A program made the position numbers and the translations under genes. Below the pieces are notes generated by a model, which saw nothing but the letters and a program-made list of their open reading frames with translations, was not told the DNA's origin and made no database searches. Below, one piece after another: positions 1 to 10,171 of a DNA stretch of 64,000 nt (position 1 is its first letter; the number at the start of each line of letters is the position of its first letter). The stretch comes from Cyanophora paradoxa CCMP329 (taxonomy: Eukaryota; Plantae; Glaucophyta), in NCBI GenBank assembly GCA_004431415.1, contig QPMI01000395.1, forward strand, positions 186,001 to 250,000, written 5' to 3'.

Positions 1-497
1 CTGCTCAGCGGCTGTTTCCCTACTTCCCCTAGGCCTGCAGCTTCTTCCGAAGTTCGGCCTTTTTTTTTTACGTAATCCTGTAGTGTATTAGCCTATAGCT
101 AGTAGGGGACGGAGCCCCGACTACACAACAGCTACTGCTATTACAGTGCCGCAGTGCCATCGTACTACCCTAGGCCTAAGCCTACCAAAAAACACAACAC
201 GCTAGTCTACTTCCCCACTTGTGGGCCTCCGACTAGACGAACCCCTAGGGATAACCCTACGCTAGCGCTGACCCAAGCTTAGCTCTCAAACTACGTGAGC
301 AGCCCCGGGAAATCCGGAGCCTCCTCGGCACCGCCGAGGCAGGTATACGTAGGTCGAGCTCTCGAGGGGGGAGGGAGCTGGGGCTGGGAGGCCTAGGAGG
401 CTGCCCGCACACGCGTGGAGCAGCGGGGGGCCCGTCCGAGGACGTCGACGTCGACGTCGACGTCGACGTACCCCCGGGGCCCGTCTGCAGACGGGCC

Positions 498-503
498 CGG
501 AGG
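498..503 (+). repeat. Left target-site duplication (CGGAGG)
   Basis: CGGAGG immediately precedes the left terminus and is identical to 27782..27787. A 6-bp TSD is typical of Polinton rve integrases. Confidence 0.93.
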
Positions 504-811
504 ACACATATACAACGCCCGGCTTTTAGACCTCGGCTAATTTAAATTGATATCGTTAGTATATAACCTGTATTTATAATAGATCTATCGTGAATATGTG
601 TGTGTTTTATCTGTTATATGTATTTATTTTATCGTGAGTTATAGCTTCTTTTTAATAAAATATGTGAAATATGTATAGTTTATGTGAAGTTTAGCTATAT
701 TCTCGATGAGTAGACTTATATATATCGTGAGTTTCATTATAGTATAGGTGTGACTCAACTTAGTTTAATTATAACTTGCCTCAGTCTAAAAGCCGGGCGT
801 TGTATATGTGT
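504..811. repeat. 308-bp terminal sub-unit bounded by inverted copies of the 28-bp terminus (mirrored at 27474..27781)
   Basis: ACACATATACAACGCCCGGCTTTTAGAC at 504..531 and its exact reverse complement at 784..811. Confidence 0.9.
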
Positions 812-973
812 GTTGTTCTGAATTTTCAATGCATAAGCGACGATCATGCGTCGTTTCATCAAAAACAACTACCATGAGCTGCATGGAACGTTCTGTATGC
901 GGCTCTCTATAAAACAAAGTAGATCTATGATATATTATGATTGATTCTTTTGTATTTTAATTGGTCTTATTCA

Positions 974-1343
974 GTGTTACAGGTGTTACAGGTTTATCCC
1001 AAAGTCCGCCCTAGGAGTGGGGTCTTGGTTCCCGAGTTTGGGCAAGACCTGTAACACCTGTAACAACGTAAACAATTATCGTGTGCTGCATAAAACATTT
1101 CGCGCGCATCGAAAATATGTGATAGTGAATAGTTTCGCACTGAAAACGATACGAAATTGATCGTTATAATACAAAAATAATTACTACTGATATTATTATG
1201 ATATACTAAGACTGATATTTTGTTGTTTTAATAGGTTCTTACTGAATTAGGTCAGTGTTACAGGTGTTACAGGTTCATCCCAAACTTTGCCCTAGGAGGG
1301 GTGGGGATAGGAAACTTTGGATAGACCTGTAACACCTGTAACA
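974..1343. repeat. Two type-A palindromic iteron-like modules (TGTTACAGG x2 ... CCTGTAACA x2)
   Basis: GTGTTACAGGTGTTACAGG-spacer-CCTGTAACACCTGTAACA at ~974..1066 and ~1255..1343, each preceded by an AT-rich tract. Mirrored in the right TIR. Confidence 0.85.
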
Positions 1344-1389
1344 CCTTACTGATTAGCACGTAAATGCATGAGTTTCGCATCGAGATCGT

Positions 1390-2100
1390 GCGGCTACACA
1401 TAGAAACTACGCAATTTACCGCAACTACTCAAAGAAACTACGCAATTTAATACCGGAACTACTGAAAAGATACCAAAACTACGCAACTACGCAACTTTCA
1501 GAAAAAGTTTGAAACTCGGGCTGGAAAAATTTAGAAAAGTGTAAAACTTGCGTAGTTGCGTAGTTTTGGTTTCGTTTGCGTAGTTTTGGTTTCGAATTGC
1601 GTAGTTTTTCATGGTAAGATGAGTAGTTTCAAGTAGTTTATATATTATAAAGTAGTTTCTTATTAATATCAATATGATTCTATGATATATACCATGCTTT
1701 CTCTACTGAAAAGAGCGCCGGCATACTACAAGGGAAGCTACGCGATAGTTTCGCACTGAAACACGACCGTTTTATAGGCTACGCAATAGTCTCGCACTGA
1801 GAAGCATGCGGGCAATCGGAGACTACGCAATTTAACGTAACTACGCATGAAAACTACGCAATCTGATCGCTTTTAATACCGAAAACTACACATTTAATAC
1901 CAAAACTACGCAACTACGCAACTTTCTGAAAAAGTTTAGAAGTTGGCGGGGAAAAAAATTAGAGAAGTGAAAAACTTGCGTAGTTGCGTAGTTTTGGTAT
2001 TAAATGCGTAGTTTGCGGTATTAAGTTGCGTAGTTTAACATAGGTAGTTGAGTAGTTTAAAGTAGTTTTTATTAATTATAAAGTAGTTTATTATTTATCT
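1390..2100. repeat. Two type-B palindromic iteron-like modules (AACTACGC repeats converging on GCGTAGTT repeats)
   Basis: Multiple AACTACGC(A) copies followed by inverted TGCGTAGTT copies around a conserved spacer (~1477..1570 and ~1900..2000), then AT-rich AGTAGTTT tails. Mirrored in the right TIR. Confidence 0.88.
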
Positions 2101-2483
2101 TATTGTTATCAGTCTGAGACTCTATGAAAATCGATTGACCTTAGTGTGAAACAGTGCGCCCCGCCCACTATGCAAGATACATGCAAACTACATGCGAGTT
2201 CTATGAAAACAATAACGATTTAGTCATGTATATATTTCGTATATATGTCCGAACCTCCGTGTATGTGATCCCGCGCGACTTTCGTTTTTGTTTTTCTTTT
2301 TTTCTCATATCACGACATATACATATATATACCGGCTTCACCGACGAATTCAGGGTCATCACATCGCGGCGATTCCGAAAACATATAGCATGCCACAAAG
2401 TAGTTTTTTATGTGTTTTTCGATCGATCGACCAATCGCGGATGTGAACCGACTGTTTTATTTTATTTAATTTATCATTCATGG

Positions 2484-2573
2484 GTGACAGGGGGGATACC
2501 GGTTAAGGTGACAGAACGTGACAGGGGGGATACCGGTTAAGGTGACAGAACGTGACAGGGGGGATACCGTAAA
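2484..2573 (+). repeat. ~33-bp tandem repeat (GTGACAGAACGTGACAGGGGGGATACCGGTTAAG, ~2.5 copies)
   Basis: Direct repeat visible in the sequence. Confidence 0.8.
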
Positions 2574-2721
2574 GGTGGCATTTTGTGGACATTTGTGGAC
2601 ATCGGGGCTACCGGGTTTGTGGTCATTTTGTGGACAAATTGCGAACAAAAACTTGAATGCATATATATGTGTATATGACTGACCAGCCGCTGAGCGACTG
2701 ACCGGCTTGCAAGTTGCAATT

Positions 2722-2777
2722 TCCCGAGTTCCGAGTCCCGAGTCCCGAGTCCCGAGTCCCGAGTCCCGAGTCCCGAC
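2722..2777 (+). repeat. Heptamer microsatellite (TCCCGAG) x8
   Basis: Direct tandem repeat visible in the sequence. Confidence 0.9.
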
Positions 2778-3143
2778 TCGATAACACCGGCGATCGCGAC
2801 TCGGCGGCGACCCCCCCTCTCGTTATCCGGGCGTAACTTTTGACAGCAAGCCGATCTCGGCGCGCTCTCAATTGCTACGTGCTCGTAACTTGCTTCCGGG
2901 CATGTTGGTGCTAGTTTGACTAGCTTAGTCGCCGGGCGCGCAAAACCCCAGTTCGACATATTGACGGGTGCCAAAAACCGAGGTGTCCCCTACGTCGTGC
3001 GCGCCGGCGCGCGTTCTCGTGCGTTTCCACTAGTCATACTTTGCATCCGCGCGCGTATAGAGTAGTTCTACACTACTACAAAGCGGCGCGGTCTGATTCG
3101 CAAAGCGCGCGATTTGGCGGCTACGAAAGCACCGCGGCGCCTA

Positions 3144-4586
3144 CTACTTGCGTGGTCTCAGAGTCGCTTTTCGATCGCCATTAGCTACCGGCGCTACCGT
3201 TGCTACTTTTCTACTACTTCTTAATGTAGCTTTGGTTTCCGGCGCTTTGTAGCTCTCAGTTTGATTAGAGAACGACTTATACCATCGTTGGCTATTCACT
3301 CCGCCGGACAGCTTAGGCTCGGCGGCTGTTACTAGCCGCTGTAATTCTTTATTTACTCGTTTCTCTTTTTGCACGCGATCCTCTAATAGAGTGCCTTGCG
3401 GCACAGTCGCGGCGGCTTCTATGCCCTCTCTACGCAATTGCGCATCGACGCGCGCCTCGTCCTTTGCCGCCTCTAATGCATCTACTGTGGGCGCCATTAG
3501 GTAATCGACCGCCTGAACCGGTAAAAGCTCGTGGAAGGCAAAGCGACCCTCTACGCGATTGCCGTCCGGATCAGTTAGCATAAACTTATAGCCCTCGCGC
3601 GCGGCGACAGTATATACGATTCGGCTCCAATTGTTACCGCCCTTAGCGAATGGCGTCTTCTCGATGCGTAGCCTTACTGACATGCCCGGCTGAATCTGAT
3701 CCAAATAAGCTATCGATTTCTTGAATTTCGCATCTTCTTTTTGAACTATGAGCTTATAGTGACTCTCGTTGGTCTCGGCAGGCATATAGCCGGTCGCAGA
3801 GTGCACCGTATTATTATAATTATATTCCAGAGACGAAAGGACATCTATAAATCGCGCCGTATTATTCGCGATGCAGTAGCTCGTGATCAGCCGCCGCATT
3901 TGCTTGTTAAATGCTTCTATGCGCCCTTGCGCGCGATGGTCGGCTGTGTCCGCTATCTGATGCTCGATAAACTGATTCTCGAAATATTTGCGCATAATAT
4001 CATTGCGGAATTCGCTTCCCGCATCGCTTTGCACTTTGAATATTGGTCTCGGCGCCTTATTTTGCAGCTGAATAAATGCGGCTAAGGTCGACGCCGCGGA
4101 CTTATCCCGCATTGGGATAATGAACCCGACCCGTAATGTGTTCTCCATAGCCGTAAGGAAAGCACTGTAATTATCGTTATACTTAGCATACGCCGGAAAG
4201 AATAGCAGATCAATTACGTAGGTATCGAGAGGCTGTCGGATCGGTATAGCCGGGTCTCGTTTGCGGGATAGGTGCGGCGCATTAATTTGGACGACCTCTT
4301 GCCGGCTATACCACTCTTTCAATTTCTTATAATTCTCGTCGGGCAGCTCTTGCCGTAGCTTAGTGATCCCTTTGAAACCGGTTTGTGGACTGTAAAACTT
4401 CCGGGCAATTTTCGATTCCTCCGGGACAGCAAGGGCTACGGGCACGTCGCGGGGCACCAAAGCCTTTAAATCAGACCGCTTTACTATGCGGCTCTCTTTA
4501 TTCTCTTTCGGCACGGGGATCGGCAATGTGCTCCCCTCTAAATCTTGCGATCGTCTTACTATTGGCGGTCTTGACATCCTTGTCAT
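3144..4586 (-). CDS. Retroviral-like (rve, DDE) integrase of Polinton type
   Basis: Catalytic triad contexts IDLLFF, VQSDAGSEF and QGRIEAFNKQMR. Also YNNTVHSATGYMP and the SH3-like GMSVRL...NWS motif. Start is likely ATG 4586 or 4577 rather than the track's GTG at 4625. Confidence 0.93.
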   Translation of the reverse strand: MTRMSRPPIVRRSQDLEGSTLPIPVPKENKESRIVKRSDLKALVPRDVPVALAVPEESKIARKFYSPQTGFKGITKLRQELPDENYKKLKEWYSRQEVVQINAPHLSRKRDPAIPIRQPLDTYVIDLLFFPAYAKYNDNYSAFLTAMENTLRVGFIIPMRDKSAASTLAAFIQLQNKAPRPIFKVQSDAGSEFRNDIMRKYFENQFIEHQIADTADHRAQGRIEAFNKQMRRLITSYCIANNTARFIDVLSSLEYNYNNTVHSATGYMPAETNESHYKLIVQKEDAKFKKSIAYLDQIQPGMSVRLRIEKTPFAKGGNNWSRIVYTVAAREGYKFMLTDPDGNRVEGRFAFHELLPVQAVDYLMAPTVDALEAAKDEARVDAQLRREGIEAAATVPQGTLLEDRVQKEKRVNKELQRLVTAAEPKLSGGVNSQRWYKSFSNQTESYKAPETKATLRSSRKVATVAPVANGDRKATLRPRK

Positions 4587-4649
4587 CAGACAATAAAAAA
4601 GATCAATGTAACATTTTACATGCACGAGGCAATAGAAGGTTTTGTTTGT

Positions 4650-5255
4650 TTACGGTAAATCAGAGCAGAAGATATTAGCAACGACACCATTTCGGTTGTT
4701 TGAATTGATATACCACATATGACTGTTACGACTCCACTTCGCTCCATTATCTTTTAAGAATTTACGCAATGTGGTGCGGCGTGTAATATTAATTCCATGC
4801 TCTTCGAATTTCCGATGATATTTGGACAGATCACGTTTAACATGGAAATATAGAATGCTGATTGGTTCTTGCTCATGCTCACGCTTCATGGCTCTCACTA
4901 CATCTACCATGCTATACTGAGTGCATCTAACATGACCCCAGAAATCCACAACAGGTAAATATCCTCCTGTATCATCATCGACCAGGATGATATTATACCT
5001 ATATCTGTAAGGGTTCCCAGTGGCTTTAACATAAGCGAATACGTTATCTGATGATCGGATTACTATTTTATGCGGTTCTTCAATGAAGAAGCCAATCGAC
5101 TTCACATCTTCTCTACGAATGTATGTATTCACAAATGAGAATTGAACATGCTCACTATCAAAGGAGAAAATGACATCTAACAGTTCCACCATGTTTAATG
5201 ACATTTCAGAGAGAGGGAAACTAATGATAGGGTTACCATTAAAGCGATAAGCCAT
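4650..5255 (-). CDS. Hypothetical viral protein with C-terminal DUF5710-like motif
   Basis: 201-aa ATG ORF. LKDNGAKWSRNSHMWYI resembles the GA(R/K)W....WY motif. The element's shared upstream motif is present. Confidence 0.55.
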   Translation of the reverse strand: MAYRFNGNPIISFPLSEMSLNMVELLDVIFSFDSEHVQFSFVNTYIRREDVKSIGFFIEEPHKIVIRSSDNVFAYVKATGNPYRYRYNIILVDDDTGGYLPVVDFWGHVRCTQYSMVDVVRAMKREHEQEPISILYFHVKRDLSKYHRKFEEHGINITRRTTLRKFLKDNGAKWSRNSHMWYINSNNRNGVVANIFCSDLP

Positions 5256-5498
5256 TGCCTTTTACTTTAACCTGAGAAAATATTTTCCTGTTGCCTAAAT
5301 GTAGCGCGTTCTCCTTAAATCATTTTGCGTTGCCCACGGGGCTTTCAATTTTTGACGATCCGCGGTGAGACTCTCTCACGTTTACTGTCAATAAAATCAG
5401 GCTACCTGAGCGTTTATTGTCAAAATTTTAATAATTAATGAAAATCTTGACAATAAACACCGCAAAACGCGCAATAAAAACGTGCAGTAAACAGTAGA

Positions 5499-5663
5499 AT
5501 GGACGCCCCGGTATGGGACGCGCACCCGATCCCTAATTACTTCCTAATCAACCCGGACGACCCCGGATTAAAGTGCATTTGGCTTCTCCATATCCTAAGG
5601 CGACAGCTCCTTCAATTAGAGCGCAAACCAAGAAAAAGAACGCACGATAAGATAGACGACTAA
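5499..5663 (+). CDS. Small hypothetical protein (54 aa, MDAPVWDAHP...)
   Basis: ATG..TAA ORF below the track threshold, converging on the pPolB stop codon. No recognisable motif. Confidence 0.3.
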   Translation: MDAPVWDAHPIPNYFLINPDDPGLKCIWLLHILRRQLLQLERKPRKRTHDKIDD

Positions 5664-8600
5664 CAGCCGAATGGAAGGCTATGTATGCCGTCGCCTGATA
5701 TGCAGCGCTTGCTATCGAATTGGGTCAGCGCTATCCGCTTGCTCTCCAAATCATATAAGTGGTGGCATCGCCGTTGCTTGTTTACTACTGTTACTGTTTT
5801 TGTGATCCCGTCAAATAGGCAGCGCTTAAAGTCGTCGAAATGCACCTCTTTCGAGGCTGTCCCGCTCATTTTTACCTTGTCGTAGCTCTCGGTGCGGAAA
5901 GCATATAGCTTCGGTCGCAGCCCCACATACTCCACTATCTTGACGTCGGGCATCTCATTTTTATATTTACCGGGAACCATCCGGTTCTCGGGACTATTAG
6001 GGCAATCTAAATAAGGGCTGATCGCTCGCATGCCCGCTTCCAGATCCGCGCTCTCTATATACAGACAGAACGAGTCGGTATCGTGGAACAGCAGCTGAGC
6101 TTGCGAGAAAGTCGGTCGGATCACGTCGTAAAAGAAGCTATAATTATGCAGCTTCGCGGCATCCAGCACATAAGCGCCAATCGCAACCGGTTTATCGAGT
6201 TTTACGTGTTTACTATACATTTCGAATGCAACCGCAGTCTCGTTTAATACATTCGTCGCTTTTACCAGTGGGCTCGCCGCATATTTCTTAAACAGCTTCG
6301 TGCTATTCGCGATCTTTACCACTGAGCGCCCGCGACACGATTCCAGGCATTTACCGTAAATAGCATTGTTCATCAATTTAAAAAAGTCGCTCTCGAATTT
6401 ATTCCGGGCTTCCTTTCGCAGTTTCGTGTTCAGATCTATATAGGGCTTCATAAATGCAGCGGTTGCAAACGAGAGCACACGGTGGATCTTAGTAACTACG
6501 ATCCCCTTTTTTACCATATAGAGCAGCATCGGCTGAGAGACCACGTAATTATATTTCGGGGTAAACGAGGCGATCAGCTTCGGATCTTTACTGAGCTTCT
6601 CGCCGCTAATCTCCAAAAGCCCACGCTGATATTTGCCGAGCATGTCCGCAGTAATTACCTCTTTACTCACGATCAGCGGGAAATCGCGATGGTCAGCCTT
6701 TAAATAGTCCGGATAGGCAAGGTCGACCTCTATAAATGCACTCCGCCCTACGACCTCGGTAAAAGCTGTGCTTGTGTCGTCCCAGCGATAGTCCCCGACC
6801 GGTAAAGGCTGACTGAGCGCATAGCCATATAGATTATTCGCATCCAATAGCACTATATGTTTATTCTCGCTATTAGCCTCGGCATATCGTGTGGGCATGG
6901 TCGCAAAGCCGCCCCTAATTGCCCGCTCAATAAATTCGTATTGATCCGCATCGCTGATCTGTTCTATCGCGACCCTCGTATGCTTTAACATCGCGTCCCA
7001 CGATAGTCCCGGTGCGCTCACATAATGAGTCGGATCCAGACCGTATTGCTCATGGGCGAGCATACTGAATTTACCGAATTTTACCATGAGATCATTAACA
7101 TCGGACGCCTGAAAATCCATGAAATTCGAGGCGTCTATAAACTTGTAAAGTCCCACTGTAAAGAGAGATACTCATCGAAATTCTTACTTAGGATCTCGAC
7201 CCGCAGCTTGTCGTCTTGCTGTGCGATTTTCCTGAATATAGCATGCCCGCACTCGTCCATCCGATCAATGACCACGGCTACTTTCGTTTGCTTTGAGATC
7301 CTCCTATGTAAATTGCATTTTCGGCAAGCTTTCCCTATATAATCGCCGCTTTGGTGACAGTGATCGCGCACAGGGAAGTTTTCGTGGGTAAACCGCTGAT
7401 TGCATATATAGCAGTGTTTGGTCAGCTTATAGGCTTGCTTTTGCGCCTCTGTGAGCGGGATCATAGGTGTGTTGGTAAATAGGGTATTAAGCATCTCGCG
7501 ACACAGATCCCCTAACGTGGTAAACATCTGTCCCAGCGGATCCACGCCCTCGAATTCGTGATTTTCAACATGAGAGCCCATAACAACATTAAGTGCCACC
7601 GACTTTACCTCTCGCTTGGTTCGATTTGGTTCATTAGGAACCGGCACCGACTCCATCTCTACTTTGCAGTAGCAGACAGTGGGCAGCCACACCATTTTCC
7701 TTAGGTGTTGCAGTCCGAAAGTAATAAAGCTTCCGGGTTCCGGGCATTTACCTTTACTCAGCCGCCAATCGATACAGCGATTAGAGTCGGTGTGGCTATC
7801 GAGTTTCTCCTGTGATCTAAACCGGGACAAACAGGTTTCGCAATAGAAAATGCGCCCATCGTTTGCTTTATCAAAGGTGGTCTTTAAGAGGCGGCTCAGT
7901 GACATTATCGTAATATAGTGACCCTGTCCGTTTGCGTCCTCGATCAGCAGCAGGTTTACCTTCGATTTACGACGCGGATTACTTGACATGTGCAGTGGGT
8001 AAAAGGTTTGGGTCGCATTGTCGGCGCCATATATATTAATTGACAGCTCGGGATTATTGTCCTCGAAACGATCTATTAATGCAGCATCGCAAGCCACCGG
8101 GAAATTAATGCCTGAGAAGTCCAGCTCAGTCATCCACCGCCTATATTGGAACGGATCATTACGTTTGTGTCTGTTTATGTCGTTTCTGTGCAGCCATGCG
8201 AGGATAGCGTAATTAAAGCAGTCGTGACCATCGATATTCTTAATATTTACTGTGGCTCGCTTTAATCCAATCCATTCGGGGGTCTCAATGTAGCAACCGC
8301 CCATCGGCGCATATGACAAAACGGCGACATGTAGCTTATCTAATTTACTTAGCCGGTAGCTGTCGACCTGTATCATCTGTTCATTCATTTGCTGAGCTAC
8401 ACCCACTAACTCAGTGAGAATATTGCGCGACCTTGTGATTACGAAATAATCGCTGTATATGTGTTTGGTGATAAAAACGTTAGGATCACTCACTTTTACG
8501 TATCGGCAGATGAAAGTAAGTCGCACCTTAATAGCTTTCAGTTCATCCAGCCTTTCTTTCAGCCGCCCAGGCAGATTTGCAGCGATGGTAGTGAGAAATT

Positions 8601-8922
8601 CCACCGGATCTAAGATTATCTGTTCATCCGCCTTATAGCTATACCAGGCGTATGCTTTATTCATTGCGAAACCGTCTTCCTCATCGGGTTCTATGACGGC
8701 TAAGCGCCGCCCTTCGGTATAGAAGCGCTCCACATTTTCCAGGCGATTATAGAGCTCGTCGGCAATATTTCCGAGGTTAGCTAAGCGGGGTTTTCGATCT
8801 AAGATCGCCGCCCTACGATCATATTCGGCTTCGGTGATCTCCCCAGTGACTAAAAGACTACCTAACAAGCCTAATATTTCGTCCTTTTTCTCTTTTATAA
8901 GGCGGTTGGTTTGGCGGGGCAT
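5660..8922 (-). CDS. polB: Protein-primed family B DNA polymerase (pPolB), split into ORFs 7135..8922 and 5660..7156 by a 1-nt frameshift
   Basis: Polymerase motifs LLDANNLYG, KLMNNAIYGK, HDTDS and LRPKLY, plus YGLDPTHYVSAPGLSWDAMLK. The N-terminal Polinton-type region has CFNYAILA, GHYITI, CETC, CYIC and VRDHCHQSG...ACRKCNL. Adding one C at CCC 7152..7154 gives a single 1087-aa ORF (..LQW-G-LYKFIDAS..). Confidence 0.95.
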
Positions 8923-9053
8923 CTTTTACTCTAAGGGAACATTTTAATTTCGGGGAAAGGACGCGTTCAAAAAATGTGGAAACATATTTAAGGACATCTC
9001 AAAAAATGACACGGAGGAAAACATTTTATGTGTATCAGATATAGAGAAACACA

Positions 9054-9548
9054 ATGAATACCCAAGAGATAATAGAATATTGTAAGACACTTACAAATAT
9101 TCCCGTAACAGAAGCAACAAAAGAATGCACAGACAAGAACTATCTCAAATGGGAAAAGAAGAATGCCCGTAAGAAGGTAATCTTTGTTATATCACAAACG
9201 CGTAAACATCAGGACATGTTTTTACATCTTAATATGGCTTCCCAGTTTTACCATCCTCGTAGGCAGCACATATGCGCATTGGTTTACAAAGGATATAAAA
9301 TGTTAATACCACTTGACATTACGAAAGAGAAATGCATTGAGGTAATACAAAATGTTATATCGGGCTTTTCTAAAAAACAAGATGGGGAAGTTAAGTGTGT
9401 GATTTGTTTAGAGGTTATAAAAACGGAAGATTTAGCTTGTGCGCAGTGTAATAGTTCTGTGTGTGAATCTTGCATATCCGAAATGACTTATAAACAACGT
9501 TTTTCCTGTCCAGTTTGTCGTATTGAGAGTTTGCAACAATACCATTAA
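9054..9548 (+). CDS. RING-finger protein (putative E3 ubiquitin ligase)
   Basis: C-terminal CVIC-x9-CAQCNSSVCESC-x10-CPVCR cross-brace pattern. Confidence 0.8.
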   Translation: MNTQEIIEYCKTLTNIPVTEATKECTDKNYLKWEKKNARKKVIFVISQTRKHQDMFLHLNMASQFYHPRRQHICALVYKGYKMLIPLDITKEKCIEVIQNVISGFSKKQDGEVKCVICLEVIKTEDLACAQCNSSVCESCISEMTYKQRFSCPVCRIESLQQYH

Positions 9549-9558
9549 TTGCAAGTGC

Positions 9559-9795
9559 CTAAGTTAGCTTTGTGACACTTCTTACCGTTAGTCTTACGTT
9601 TTCGGGCAGCTCTATTGTCAGTTGCATAGTGTCAGATTTGATAACATGGGTTTTTGTCTTTTTACCGCGGCGATTCGGGTAGTAACCGAATATTCGCCTG
9701 AAAAGATCCTGTGTGGCTTCAATATCCATGGTCGCGGTTTGAGTGATCTCGTCCGCAGTCAGGGCGTGCGTATAGGTCGGTCTGATAGCGGTCAT
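9559..9795 (-). CDS. Small hypothetical protein
   Basis: ATG ORF (MTAIRPTY...) filling the gap between the RING gene and the repeat array. Confidence 0.45.
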   Translation of the reverse strand: MTAIRPTYTHALTADEITQTATMDIEATQDLFRRIFGYYPNRRGKKTKTHVIKSDTMQLTIELPENVRLTVRSVTKLT

Positions 9796-9879
9796 TGTGT
9801 TGTCAGTATATACAATCAAAGGAAGGCTTATATACCTTTGTCAAATTTTGAGAATGGCACGATATATAGTATACAAAAT

Positions 9880-10152
9880 AATAAACTACTTAATTAATAT
9901 AATAAACTACATGAAACTACTTGACTTTCCTTGAAACACTACGCAACTTGAAACCAAAACTACGCAATTAATACCAAAACTACGCAACTACGCAACTTTT
10001 GCGCTTTTCAAAATTTTTCCCGCCCCGAGTTTCAAATTGTTTCTGAAAGTTGCGTAGTTGCGTAGTTTCCAGTATTAAATTGCGTAGTTTCCAGTATTAA
10101 ATTGCGTAGCTTCGCTATGTAGTCGCGTAGTTACTAAAAAATGATGTAGTTG
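9880..10152. promoter_or_regulatory. Internal type-B iteron/palindrome array, putative replication origin of the primase-helicase
   Basis: Same AACTACGC/GCGTAGTT module and spacer as in the TIRs, located immediately downstream of the primase-helicase stop codon. The origin function is inferred. Confidence 0.7.
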
Positions 10153-10171
10153 CTTATTGTTTCCGTGTCGT

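Larger units (their letters stand above)
504..2184 (+). repeat. Left terminal inverted repeat (~1681 bp)
   Basis: Reverse complement of 26096..27781. Similarity ends after ...GCAAGATACATGC (2184). The differences I found are five 1-nt G/C homopolymer length changes. Confidence 0.95.

Noticed and set aside
1487-1672. ORFs in the TIRs (1487..1672 and 26608..26802)
   Set aside because: They are translations of the repeat arrays with non-ATG starts, and their ends differ through a homopolymer change.
1390-2100. CRISPR-like array in the TIR repeats
   Set aside because: The units are 8-9 bp in convergent orientation, without constant-length unique spacers, and no cas genes are present.
2154-2974. 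Overlapping ORFs 2154..2540, 2201..2398, 2537..2974 and 2623..2871
   Set aside because: They are derived from tandem repeats, have mostly non-ATG starts and show no motifs.
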